From Camelus dromedarius (lineage: Eukaryota): a DNA stretch of 64,000 nt. The notes beneath the pieces were generated by a model. The model made no database searches, was not told the DNA's origin, and worked only from the letters and a program-made list of their open reading frames with translations. The stretch spans positions 3,288,001-3,352,000 of the forward strand of contig NC_087438.1 in the NCBI RefSeq assembly GCF_036321535.1. The letters run 5' to 3'. Made by a program: the position numbers and the translations under genes. This document shows, piece after piece, positions 37,380 through 50,291 of the stretch. Position 1 is the stretch's first letter. Every line of letters begins with the position of its first letter.

Positions 37380-38045
37380 CACACCCACTCACGTAGTCAG
37401 CATGTATCATGTGCCTACCGTACACCAGGCATTCTCCTTGATTCTAGCAGCAGAAGAATGTCTCTGCTCTTTAAAACCTGCACTTGACAGGGAAGGAGAA
37501 CCAGAAACGAGTGACCCACTCACGTCTCTCCTCGTGTTGCCTTCCAGGCATTTGTCACTGTGCTCAGGAAGCGGTCTTCACTTAGATGTCCTGGAGGTTC
37601 CATCAAGGTCTCACCCTTGCCTCTCCCTGACCTCTCTATTTTAGCTCATTCTCTCGAATCCAATCCTTATGTCAAACTGAGAAGTACTCTGTATTCTCCT
37701 GAAATTTTCTATGCTTCTGCCTCTCCCAGGACCTGGAGTAAAGTACCCTCCTTCATTGTCCACCAGCTGTTTATCTTTGAGCTCTCAGCTTAGGTGGTAA
37801 ACCCTCTTCCAGAAGCCTTCCCGAGAGTTCCAGTGCCCGTTCCGAGTAGGTGACGTTCTCCTGCCCTTTCTTCTGCAGTGACATTTGTGACAGCATTTTA
37901 TAATTACCTCCTTCATGGATAAGGATTTCACTCTTTATCTCTGCGAACTCCGTGGCTGGAACACAATGACGTGTGTTCAGTTTATGGCTGCAGGAGGAAG
38001 GAAGGAAAGGAGGGAGGAAAGAAGGGAGGGAGAGAGAAAAGAGAA
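37380..38045. mobile_element. L2 3' fragments in both orientations, ending in a (GGAA)-like purine tract
   Basis: cagcatgtatcatgtgcctaccgtacaccaggcatt (antisense L2 end); ctcagcttagg...ccctcttccagaagccttccc...ggctggaacacaatgacgtgtgttcagtttatggctg, then ggaaggaaggaaaggagggagg. Confidence 0.5.
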
Positions 38046-39544
38046 CAAATTAGGTCTCATAACATCCCTTGTCATTATGTTGCAGTGTGATTAAACGTTC
38101 TTCCCTGTGTGTGTGATCTGTCATTTCATATGACGACCAGACACAAGGTGGTGCCTGACCTCAAGTGACATCAGTAGTAAGTGAGAAAGAGAGAGAAGGG
38201 TGGAAGAAATTAGAATGGAAGAATCAATAGTTGGTGACAGGTCCAACCATGAAATAAAAGGAAAAGTGTTTCCCTTTTCTTGTGACTGGAACAGACAGAT
38301 GTTAGAAAGGGAAAGCCGTATTTTTTCATAGGCAGCTCTTATTCTCCACTGGGTGAGAATTGGATGCTTGAGGTTTCCCATTTAAATTAAAATATTTAAC
38401 ATAACATATGCATGAATGTAGAGCCAAGGATGAAAGTCTTATCATAAATACATAAGAGGAACCATTGCACTAAATTATTTCACAAATGTATAGACCATCC
38501 AAAATATTCCCTACTGAGCCCGCAGACATTGACTGTGAATTATAACTTGTCCAACATGGTTAGCTCTTTGCCTGCAATTCCTCCCTCTTCTCTTAGCCTC
38601 AGACTGAGGAATGCTCTCCAGCTGAAAGTGTGTATTTTATTTTAAAATACTTACAAGGGCTTGAGCAGTATCAGTGATGAGATTAGAAATGAAACCAAAG
38701 GAACAAATACTTGTCAACTTGCATATTATTTAGTTGATGAATCATCTGCTTTGTGAGAATCAGTAAAGGGTTGAAGAAGTCAATGTGATCCTCTTTCAAA
38801 GATATAAGATGAGAGCCCTGGAGATGCAGCGGATAGCCTCTGTGGACGGCAGGCTCACTGAAGACGTCCTTGAGGAACTGTTAGAGGTCAGTCAAGAAGC
38901 AGTCATCAGAGACACTGGCACGTGCATTTCTTTCCGTGGAGCTGGATACCCTGATCATGACTGCCTGAGGGAAGCTGAGAGTTCACAGGGGCAAAGCCGT
39001 GTGCCTGGGAGACATGGAAGGTCACTGAAGGGTGAATCTTCTCTTAGACTTGGATGTAGGTTATTGCCAATCCTGAAGGGTTCCTTACAGACAGAATCAT
39101 CCTAGGATCCCGTGAAGAGTCTAAATTTGTTTGAAAATTCCTGCTCAAACTTCAAGCTTCAAAGCACTCGTGAGGTCTTTTTGAGAAAAGAAAATAAAAA
39201 TCTACCCTAAGATTCTGCTCTCTGTGAAGCAATGATACTTGGTGACTTCCAGACCCGTATCTGTGACAGCCCCAGCACACCGTCAAGCTGTCATGCCATT
39301 CCTGGGGTCACATGGTTTTGAAACTGCTGCCTCAACCAGCAAAACCCTAGGGAACCTCAGAGCACCCCTCCTTTTACTGCTTTGTCTGGACTAGTTAAAT
39401 TTGCTTCTGCTATTTGTAGTAACTTGTATTATCAGAACATGTTTGAGTTTACAATGCTTTCAAATACATTATCTCATCTGGCCTAAGAATTTGGCACAGT
39501 TGTTAAGCATAAGTAAACATCTGGAGAACTCTGATTTACAAGTC

Positions 39545-40090
39545 TATCATTAATCCATCAGCAAACAGTCATTGAGCAGCTACTGTACGCCAGGCTCTAC
39601 ATTGACTGTGGTATGTCCTGGGAGAAGTTGGAGAAGGAAGAAGCAACATCATGCTAACAGGAGCTGAACGAAATCTCAAGGAGGAAGATAAAACAAACAT
39701 TCATGAATATTGAAGTCCCAGGAAAAATACTAGTATTCTCTAAAATTTCACCCTCGACTATCTTCTGCCATTTTTCTACACATTCTCCAGGCAAGTTGGT
39801 TTATCTTTACTCATGGTTGCATCTGCAACTTTCAAATAATGGCACCAACATTATACAGTCCAAATCTCTCTCGCTAGGATGACATTTGGAAAATCTTCCT
39901 GAACGTCCTCTTGGTACTTCCAACTCAGCCTGAAAAATTGTAGGTTAATTCTTTCCTCCCAAATCTATTTTTTATTTTCTATTCCCCTCTAGTTACTGGC
40001 TCATTTTCTAAATACTGGCTGACAGTTAATTGTCAGAAAGCATAGCTCTTTCCCACTACCTTCCTTATTAATCATCAAATCCATCAAAGC
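39545..40090. mobile_element. L2 fragments
   Basis: atccatcagcaaacagtcattgagcagctactgtacgccaggc (antisense L2 tail); ctcttggtacttccaactcagc...ttcctcccaaatct (sense L2). Confidence 0.45.
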
Positions 40091-43000
40091 TGCCGAGTTT
40101 CTCATAATTTGTTATGCAGTAAAAAAAAAACTAACACACTTTTCTTCTAACAGTGCAGTGCCTGATGGAGATAATGCATGGACTTGAAAAGGTCAATGTT
40201 TGCCTCAGAATTAAATGCAGGTTGTATCTACCCCAGCCTCAGTTCCTCAGGAAGGATGCCCCGTATGACTGCAAGGAATGTTTTGAGTTACTGAAGATTC
40301 ATATTATTTAAAAACAATCAAAAGATGTTAAACTGTAAATAGTCAAAAATAATGACATTCTACTCAATTATATTAAAATAATATGTAATTTTCCATCTGA
40401 ATTTTTAAATTGGATATTTGGGGGTTTGGGTTTTGGCCACCCCTAAGACCCAATAAATTAATGACTTTCCATTCTGAGCATAAGGCTATTCACAGGTTGT
40501 CAGACAATGTTGGCTTCAAAAGTCTACATCATCTCCAGCCAATTTGCTTTCACTACAGAAGCTACAAAGAGCTTGTCAAACGCCAGCATGTGTGTTAAGA
40601 GTTAAGAACCAAAGAGAAATAACATCTCTTTTAGCCTCTTACTCTAGAAATTATCTAAAATCTATGACTCTGAGATTATTTCAATTTCTACTGCATTAAA
40701 CTACTTGAATAAGAGTGTTGAACCCACAGCTTCCATAAATTTCTAACAAATAAAAAGAAAACAACAACAATTAAAAAAATACCCACGAATGAGGTTAGGT
40801 AATATCAGGAATAAAACCCCAACACACAGAAACTTCAGTAGAGGCCACCATTTAATTTCCAGCCCCGCTGAATAAATCAGTCACTTGTAAGGGCTAACTT
40901 GCAACCTCTTTTTGAAATGTGCTTTTTATGCTAATGAGGGAAGTTATGTTTGTGCAATGGGCTTGGATCATTCACATGGGAAAATGTTTTCCTCCTTTCC
41001 ACACTTACAGACAGTTTCTTGGTCATCCTAGGTCCCCATGAGAGTAGATCTCCTGATCTGTGAGTAATGACACTAGAATAAAACCCGTGGGTCCATCCTG
41101 AGTGCTTTCTCGTGGACGCTCGACTAATGAGGGCTGGGGACCCAGGCAGGCATTTCAGCTCTTTGAGAACATTTCAGCAGAGCCTCCTCCCACACCTCTA
41201 GCTAAACCCACACCTGCCCCTGCCCCTCGGTGCACGCCATCCCCCCCCGCGCCTCTGACTAAGCCAGTCCCCAAGCGTTGCTCTTGAGGATGCGACGAGA
41301 GGCAACTCTTTGTGTACGACACCGAAGCCCCTGTGGTTGCCTCACGAATGCTGCTTCTGAAATGGTTCCCTGCTGGACTTCAGCTGATGTATTTCAGTCT
41401 CTGGGGAGTCGTCATTGCTGGATTTTGTGGCGAATGGGCCATCAAAGTGGAGTTGGCAGTGGTTATTCAATGCTTACAAGCCATCTGGGTTCTTGAAAAA
41501 CATGCATGTAATTCAGTTTTACCTCATAGACTAGACATTCAGCCCTGCGGCTGGATATCCTTGTTCACTCCTCACTTGGCACCGAGGGACACTGCCTCAG
41601 GCCTGTCAAGAACGAGGTCCCATTCCTTCTCCCGGCGCACGGCTCACCTGCATGGCCAGCATAAAGAGCAATGCACGGCCATGGGAAGGGCCGTGGCCAG
41701 AGGCCCCAGGCGCAGCAAGGGCCCTCACCGTCCCAGCACCCAGGAGACGGCAGCAGGAGGTCGGCCAGGGGCAGGGTCCCGGCCCTCTGGCAAAGGGGGA
41801 TGCAGGGGAAGTGTCTGAACGGGGAGGAAGTTGCCCAGCCAAGAACAGGCCCACACACGTGTCTAGGGGCGGACAGAGGGCACACTGCTGGGCCAACAGA
41901 TGTCCCTCCTTCCCCGCAGCTCATGTGCCACTGACACGTTTTGAGCCACCATGTGTGCTGAGCCTAGAGCTAGATTCTGAAGATGCAAAGAGGATGAGAA
42001 AACCGTCCAGCCTCTGAACATTTCAGTTCCTCCAGGGAGAGAAACTAAATTCCCCGGCACGTCAGCCGCAGGAGAAAGCCGGACAAAGCTTGTCATTCAG
42101 CGCCCAGCAGGCTTCTGCTTGCGTTTGGGCAGCAGAGTCAAAGAACAATTCTCGGAAGTGACATTTGAATTAGAACTTGAATTAAGGGGGCCCCTCTCCA
42201 GGTGACAGGAGGCGGAAGGTACCCGCAGTGGAAGGCACTGCAGAAGCAAATCTGCGAGGGGCCAAGTCCATCACACTGGTGGCCAGCAGGGAGGAGACGG
42301 AACCTGCTGTAAAGCACCATGGCAGCCGAGAGGTCTAGGCTGTACAGACACGCAAAGATGCGCCTTGTCTGGTGGTAACCAGCTTCAGTCCCACTTTGCA
42401 TACTCTGGGGCTCACTGACACCACGTTACTCCAACAGCCACACTGGGCAGAACCTCGGCTATCTGATTGTTTACAACCGCCATGCCTCATCAAATTGCCT
42501 ACTTGGAATTAAGCAAAGGTGTAGTCAAAATTTCTCCAAAAAAAAAAAAAAACTGCACACAGATATCTGTGAGATTAATGAAGTGCAAGTGAATATTTAA
42601 TAATTTCTCCTGCTTTGCGCCATAAGAAGTAGACGTTTCTTCTTCTGCATCAGTCTAATATTACATTGACAAGAGCAATTATTATATTTATAAGATTTCT
42701 TCTTTCTGTGCTCAGATCGCCAGTGTTCCCAGTTTTATCTCCATTTCAGATCATTCACATAAATGGATCTGTTAAAATGCACTCTGCTCTGTTTCTTCCC
42801 ATTGTTTTACACATCAATTTAAATGAGGTTTGAATAAAGAGCATAGTTCTGACACTAAGGATTACATGTTTCCATCTTCTCACGTTTCCTTGGCTTAAAC
42901 CCGCTCTGCACAACTGCTGCTGGTTCAGGACTCAGCTGTGCTTCCCCAGTACCAATAAATCTGAGTAAAAATATCCAGCTAATTGGAAACTTCTTTAGGA

Positions 43001-44369
43001 TGTCTTCTTGCTATGTTAAGAGTGTATGGTTTTCATACCAAACAGTGAACACGCTGTCAAATGTAACACAGCGTGTCCCCTGCCCAGGACAACCAGGGCT
43101 GTTTCTCTTCTGCCCTGAGCTCTGTAAACAGAGGCTGGAATGTTTACAGCAAGAACACGAGGACGTATGTGTGGTGCTCCTCACGCAAGTGTGCCTCATG
43201 CTCACCATGGTTTCAGCAGCCCACCATGTCTCCCCTGTTTTTCAGACAGGCTGCCATCTTGCTATTGTCCATCTGAAGGAGCAGCCTCACTGTTAGTGGC
43301 CTTTAAATGCTTCTCCTGTGAGGCTGAAAGGTCCACAGCCCCAGGATGTGTAGACTGCCTTCTCCTTCATTGAAACTAGAAAAGCAAACATGAAGAAATG
43401 CACGCCCTAGGAGTCACGTAAAAATGGGGACAGTGGATTAATGAATGGATGGATGAAGAAATGAACGACATGGCCAAGGTAACTGCCTGGCTTTAGACCA
43501 GAACACATCTTGGAATCCTGAATAAGTGAGGGCACCAATATGATTACATGTCTTTTTGTTCTCTCTTATTTCCCTTTTCGAAAAGGAGTAAACACAGCAG
43601 ACAGCATTCTGATGTAGTCTGCGAGTTTATTCCTCAGAGGTGAGACTTGGGGTGACTGCTGCGTTTATCACCCCCCGTTACTAAATTATACGACATTTAA
43701 TAAAACAGAGTGCTGTCGTGACTACTTCATACTTTTCAGAATGTTCCGTAACCGTTATCTCACTTTATAAAGAGACAGTCGGTTCCATGTCTTCTTCAAT
43801 TAATCTTCAAGTTTTCATCTATGACATGTTCCTTTTATTATATAAAATAAAAAATTTTAGCCAGAAAAAAAATTGTTGTTCTTTTCTGTGGAAGAGATTA
43901 AAAAAGCTCCAATTCCAACGCAAAGTTCCTTCATTAATTGTCCATAGATGTTTTCATCAGGTTTTCAGAACCCATGCTCTCCCCATTCAGAAGCTGGACG
44001 TGGGACAGGCATGACCTCAGCAGCCGAAGTACTGCCATTGGAAACAGAGAGGAGCGAAGAGGGGAAGCCACAGTGAAGGCGGTCTCATCAAACCTGACGG
44101 CGAGCTCATCACACCCAAGCGGCTCGTCCAGCAGAGGAAGCAAATGTGAACGGAAAACACCACAGACAAGACGCTGGGCTGGATGGTCTCTGGGAGGAGT
44201 CAGACTTTGGGTAAAGGGCCCACAGAGACAGGCTGGGAACTGGACCCGGACAGCCCTCATTTCCTCCACGTCGGGCTCTCTTCTGAGTCGAATAGTGTGT
44301 GTGTGTGGTGTCCGTGTGTGCACACACCCTGGAAAGAGCCTTGACCACCTGGCCAGCTTAGATCATGGA

Positions 44370-45200
44370 AGGAAGGAATCTTAGAGCTGGAAAGGCCTGG
44401 AATCAGCTGGCGCAACCCTGTCTCCCTGCCCCCATGCAGGATTTACTCTACATTATCCCACTGACGGCCTCACGGTCTTGGCTTGGACTCACCTCCTAAC
44501 AAGTGGTTCACTACCTGATGGTGGTGTTTGTGGATGCGCATTCCTTATAGCAAAGCCATGGTCTGACTCCCATCGAATTGCATTAACTTGTGCTCATCGT
44601 GACCTGAGGGACAGGGTGACCATCCCTTGTCCCCCCACCTGTTTTCAAGTCCCATATGCTGACACGGCTCCTGCTGTCAGGGCTCCTCGTGAGTGTGGCC
44701 TGGCACCCAGTCATTCCCTGCACGTCCTCTGTAGGTGCTTGGGAGACAGAAACCACACTGCTCTGGATGTGAGCACCAGCGCTGCCCGGCACAGACACTG
44801 CTCCCCCTGCCCTGAGGTCAAAACACAAGCGTTTCCATAAATGGTCACCCAGGTATTGTCAGCTTTAATCCGGGAAAAGTACAGAGCTCTGATTGTCGGC
44901 AACCTTGTGTACAATTTTACCCATAAATTCCTAGAAACTCCTTACACGGCCAAGTTAAATTTTATCCTACCTTGGCGGTCTGCGTTCCCTTGTTCTGAAT
45001 TATTCTGAAGCTCAGTTCTGTCATCTGCTGTACCAACCACCCCTCCCAGTTTTGTGTGATGTGCAAATCTCCTAAGCATATGCTTTGCCTCGATCCAAAC
45101 CGCTGAATGGAAGTTAACACGTGATAAAGAACAGGACACGACTGTATGTGTTTCGGTTTTCCCCTTTGATTGACAGCAGCTAATTCGTCGCACTTTTGGA
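44370..45200 (-). mobile_element. L3/CR1 LINE remnant (RT domain through 3' end)
   Basis: ORF 44942..45193 reads MLRRFAHHTKLGGVVGTADDRTELQ...IKFN, a degenerate form of the CR1 RT motif MLIKFADDTKLGG...DDR..IQ...MKFN. The L3 3' tail is at gaatcttagagctggaaagg. Confidence 0.75.
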
Positions 45201-46900
45201 GAGGACTGCTAAGGCAGTTCTGACCTGCTGAGTGGTGATTTCGTCAAGGGCACAGGAGTACGAAGAGGACCTCCACACCGGGCTGAAGCGGGAAGGCGGC
45301 ATTTGAGACGGGTCTGAGGCGCTGATGGAATGAGCTCCTTAAATCCAAGTGCCGCCCTTCATTAACCTTTGTGTGACCAGCCCCCAGCAAAGTGGACTCG
45401 CTCAACACGAGAGGAAGCACGCTGCTCTTGGTGAGCCTCCCTGAGCCGGACCCTGGGGTCCCTGCTCCTCTCTAAACGCCCACCAGCCTGTTCATGACCT
45501 GTCTTCACTGTTGCCAGTGATCAATGTTGCAGTGATTGGCCCCTCGTCTCAGGAATTCATCCTTTCTCCAATTTTGAAATTGGAAAAACATTTGCCTCTT
45601 GCACGCATCTGGCTCCTCTCCCCCCAGTCAGTATGTATAACGCCTCTGTCAGATCTGCACACGTCTGCACACCCCCGCAGGCCCTGCGCTGAGACTTTCG
45701 TGGGGCCGACGTCGTGCACGTTCCCGGAGCAGCTGATGGCCTTCTGTCTTGCTCCCCGTCCTCGAGGGCACAGAGCCTGTCTGCTCACGCACGGCTCTGT
45801 ACCGTCCAGCCCCAACGCTGCTTTCTAGCGGAAGATGACGGACCCCAACAGTGGTCAAGAGGGTCTGCCCTCTCCTTGTCCCCCTTAACATCACACATTT
45901 CCCCAAGACTCAGCCCACCCTTTCTTTGTTTTTCCTATTTGCTGTGCATATAGCAAGTGGTTCCATCTGGGGGTTGACAATAAAGTGGAGGATTTCTCAG
46001 AAAATCGAAAGTGGAAAAACTTTTCAGGGAGTTGACTTCTTTACTCTTCTTTCTGGAGAATAAAAGTAAAAACAATAAATACAAAAGCTGCGAATGGGAT
46101 AGGCTTGCTGTATTTTGTGAAGCTAGAATCTGGAACACAGAGGTGATGAGTATACAGATTACATCTACAAAATCTGAGTCCATAAAAGTCTCCATAAAAG
46201 AAAAGAAAACGTCAAGTTTGTGAGGGCTAAGTATTCTGTTTGTTCCTGTGGATCATATTATTGAGAACTTATGAAAATGACACAAATTTGAATATTAATT
46301 ACAATAATCATTATTCATTGAAATACAGTTCCTTGAAAGTTTCCCAGCAAAGTTGTAAAAGAGAAGCGTCAAACACACAAGAAGAAGAATCGTGTGTGGA
46401 CACGCCTCCCTCCGAGGGACCTGTGCTGGAACAGCCCCCTGCGCCAGCTCTTCCTCCAGGATCCCGGCTTGTCTGGAATCTCTTTTGGTAACTGTCCTGT
46501 TCTTCTGGCAAGCCACCTGCGGGCTCCGGCGGAAGCGAAGGAGGAGAAGTGAAACGGGTGGAGTCGATTATGCTTTTAGCATGACTTCATCATAATGCGA
46601 TGCAAGCCCTTCGCTCCTGAATCCACACATTTTTTAATAGGGTGTGTGGTTGATTTATTAATGCCATTCAGGTCAAGCCATCTGAGCAATTTTTCATTTA
46701 AAACTTTAGAAAATATTCTTCTAGAAAAATCTTGCATTGGGCAGACTGATCAGGGATTGGAAACAGTGATATAAATCAATCTAAAGTCAGCAATATCAGT
46801 GTGAGGCTTGTTGGTTTAAGGAAAGTGTCAGTGACCAAAAGGGAATATTCATTTTGCTTCTATTGTACCAATGTGATCTAAGTAAAAGCCAAGGTATTTT

Positions 46901-47020
46901 TATCACTTATTGTGGAATCTAAAAAAGGATGCAAATGAACTTATTTACAAAACAGACTCACAGACAGAAAACAAACTAATGGTTACTGAACGAGAAAGGG
47001 TGGGGAGGGATAAAGTAGGA
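46901..47020 (+). mobile_element. Short internal L1 fragment (ORF2 stop and proximal 3'UTR)
   Basis: tatcacttattgtggaatctaaaaaaggatgcaaatgaacttatttacaaaacagactcacagacagaaaacaaactaatggttac...ggggagggataaagtaggag. Confidence 0.8.
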
Positions 47021-47254
47021 GCCAAGACGTTTATTTTGCTTGGGATTCAAGATTTAATTACGAGACGAGGAATTGGGCCTTTCGGTTTGTTTGCTTCAGC
47101 TCCTGGGTGCCCCTCACCACCGACCCTGAGTGTCTTGTTGGGTGACTAGGGAAGTCTGGGGAGGTGACCCTCGGGGCCCTGTCCTCTGATCACACGCCCA
47201 TTAGTGGAGTGACTGGTCCCCACCAGACCACAGCAAGTGGGAGATGGTCTAGAT

Positions 47255-47415
47255 CCGTGGGTCTGAACGTGCGGTCCCCAGACCGGTGGTGTTAGCGTCA
47301 CCCATAAACTGGAGTTTAGGCCGACTGAGCCACAGACTCTGGGGCTGAGCCTCCACAGTCTTGTCTTAAGAAGCCTCCAGGTGGCTCTGCTCTGTGCTGA
47401 AGTGTGAGAGCCACG
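47255..47415 (+). mobile_element. MER5A (hAT-Charlie)
   Basis: ccgtgggtctgaacgtgcggtccccagacc...agactctggggctgagcc...aagcctccaggtggctctg...tgaagtgtgagagccacg. Confidence 0.75.
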
Positions 47416-48949
47416 AGCTAGTCACACTCACTGAGTGGGCTGAACCATTTGCTGGAAGCAGCTTAATTAAGACCAATGCGGAAAACATGCATGTGAAATA
47501 CCACAAGAAAAACAGAAATAGTGGGATCGGATGTTTACGTACGCCGAGGATAAAGGGTGACCAACACTTTCAATATTCAAGTCCAGAAAACAGTGTGCTA
47601 CAGGTCGCATTCTGGATTGAGAGAACAAGTAGGATTCTGGAGGGAGACGAGGTCACTCGGCAGTTCATGCTCTTTTGGGCGACTCTCTATTACACAGAGC
47701 TTCAGATATGTCTCAGGGATGCCTGTGTATCATTAAGGGCCTGCTGGTCTTCTAACACAGCCCCCGTTAACAGCTAGCTCCAGGCAACGTCACGTTCTAA
47801 GGTTTGGCCCACGTGGAAGTCCACGGTAGGCAGGGCAGCGCGATCAGTAAGGGGTGTGTAAGCTGCGGTTCCGCCAGCGCAGTGGAAAGATGCTGAAGTG
47901 AGAAACTGCCCTCTGCAGCGTTCTCACCTTTCACACGTCTGTGTTCAGCTGCCAGTCAGACCCATGAAGCCATTCCCTGCGGCAACATCACAAATAAAGG
48001 CAGAAATATTCCACTTACAAAATTAGCCATTTTTACCAGGTATTCGAGGTACATACCAAATCGCCCAGGGCCGCTCTGGGGCCACCCTGTCCTGTGGGCA
48101 TGGGAGCTCTGCGAGCGGGCGGGTTCACCTCGATGGACTTCAGGCATCAGCATCTTCTCACCCTCAAGAGCTTACCAGGGGCAGTTTGTGGTATACGGTT
48201 AAAGACTACTCAAGCGAATTGACTTGTTCCCTTCCAAATGCCTGAGTGTTGAAGAAACAGACTTCCAAAGAGCAAGTGGAAAGTTAGTCTGGAAAAGACA
48301 CAAGACACCACAAAGCCCCAGCGCTTTGCCTAAAATAGCCCAGGTGGTGACTAGGACCCAGGCCCTCGGGTGTTTAGGCCAGCTCGCTGTCCCGTTCTTT
48401 GTCAGCCTCTTTCAGAAGTTGATACTGAGAAGGTAGAAGAAAGTGAGACAGTGTTGACACCAGGCCTGTGGTTCCGTCGTCGGTAGTAATGAATTTCCCC
48501 TGCTCCCACGGCTCTGGGGTCTTTTATCAACTCCCACAGTGTCCTGCACTCCTCCTCTACCACACTGTGTGAGAGTGACGATTAAATATTTGTTTTTTGA
48601 ATGTCCTTTCCACCAGACCACGAGGCCCAGAAAGGCCAGGATCCCACACTTCACACTCTGTCCTCCACGGCCCACACTCAGCGGGGCACCGAGCGTGTTG
48701 CGGGGACCCTGCATGTCCCTGTGGGAGCTGTGAGCGCCTAAGCAGTAATTCACACACGTGCTGACAGCGCAGCACCCGTCACACTGTAGCTCTCACAGTG
48801 CTTCTCGTGCCTGGGTCTCTTGCTCTGCTGACTCGCATTGATCGCTCACCCCTGCGGCCAGTGCGATGTTTGGTTCCGGGGGATAGCTGGCTGTTTGATT
48901 ATTAAACGACTCACTCTTGGAACCTAGGAATGAGTAGATACGGCCTTTA

Positions 48950-49110
48950 TTCTCACTTTTCACTGCTGATCGGGGACTTTTAAGTGAAACATTCTATGTT
49001 CCAGTTTCCTCATCCATTGTATGGAAAGAATCATATCTGCCTTCGGCTCCCTGGGAGACTGTAAAGCTACATGAGAAAAATGGTGAGATGGCCCTGTGGG
49101 GCCTGGGCGC
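48950..49110 (+). mobile_element. MIR/MIR3 remnant
   Basis: ttccagtttcctcatccattgtatggaaagaatcatatctgcc. Confidence 0.5.
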
Positions 49111-49486
49111 AAGGGCACTAGGTGATCCTGTGGCAACGACAACAAAGCCGCGTCTCTCATTCTTCCCTTTTCTTCTGAAATGACTGTCCTACCCTCGTAG
49201 CCCAGGAAGAACCTAAAAGAAAACATCATCTTCCCTCTTCATTGATCTTATTCTCTAAACAACGTTCTCCTTTTCAGCACGTTAATGAGACCTCAGCAAC
49301 AGAACACAGAAGTCAGCCCTGTAGGCTGGTCCTTCTCCAACTCCTCTTGCAGATGCTTGCAAGCCTTTAGAATCTCCAAAACTCAGAGCAAAGATCCTAA
49401 GTCACACACAGTTCCTTTTGCAGCCCAAACTATGATCGACCCAGAAACCCACAGAAGACGTGGTGGAGGGGCCGCGTGAAGAGCCC

Positions 49487-49506
49487 CACGTGTGGACCTG
49501 ACGTCA
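49487..49506. promoter_or_regulatory. Adjacent CACGTG E-box and full CRE (TGACGTCA)
   Basis: cccCACGTGtggaccTGACGTCAccg in a CpG-rich patch. Confidence 0.3.
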
Positions 49507-50004
49507 CCGAGAGCCCTCGCTGTGGCCGTGGGCTCCACCCCGGCGTCCAGCCCCGGCAGGAGGCGCCTCCCACACGGGCTAAAGTCCAGCAGGTACTAAG
49601 CTGCTGACTGTGACCCACAGCCTGGCTGCTGGGCCACCAGTCAGTAGCTGAACACAGCCACCTGTCAAGTGCCTTTCCAACTGACGGGGTGAAGACCAGG
49701 TTGGTAGGAAAACTGTGTCCACAGAGGCAGAAATAGAGCACGTTTCCACATTGAAGGGTGCGGAGTCTGGGGAGGGCTGGGACGGAGAAACAGTAAGGCC
49801 ATATAAGCCATTTAGAAGAGCAAGGCTAGATCTTGGCCCACTTAGGAGCATCCGGGAACCCCTCGCCCATTTGCGAGCTTTGCTGCAGAGCTCTCTAATC
49901 TGAATGGCATGGTGGAACAGCGCAGCAAATACAAAGTCAGGCCTGGGACGGGGGTTCCAAAAATTCAAAGAACTAAGACCTTCAACAGGTAAGCATTTCA
50001 GGCC

Positions 50005-50291
50005 TACACAACTGACTCCCAGTAAGGATCCTGGACCCAAGGCTCAGCTGAGCTTGCCTGGTGTCACCACTCCACACGGGCTGTCACATGTGGCCGCTGG
50101 GGAATTAGGCACGTCCCCTGGGGGAGCTGGAAGCTTGCTCCTGGCTTCTCTGGGTGCTGCCCCACATCTCTTCTCCCTCTGCCGATTTCACTCCACATCC
50201 TGTCGCTGTAATAAACCATAAATGTGAGCACAACAGCTTTCCTGAGTCCTGTGGATCATCACACCTGAGGGTGGCCTTGGGGGCCCCCACA
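50005..50291 (+). mobile_element. MER21C-like LTR, 3' part
   Basis: cctggacccaaggctcagctgagctt...ctggaagcttgctcctgg...tcgctgtaataaaccataaatgtgagcacaacagctttcctgagtcctgtg...acctgagggtggccttgggg. Confidence 0.8.

Noticed and set aside
41296..41346. Inverted repeat cgagaggcaac...gttgcctcacg
   Set aside because: An 11-bp stem with a mismatch and a large loop; too short for a pre-miRNA and expected by chance in 64 kb.
43949..44330. Possible plus-strand exon after ttgtccatag with a purine-rich body
   Set aside because: Weak acceptor, no clear donor, no recognisable peptide in any frame, and no supporting neighbouring exons.
46329..46487. Possible plus-strand exon (aaatacag|TTCC...TTTTG|gtaact)
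   Set aside because: No polypyrimidine tract and the peptide is not recognisable.
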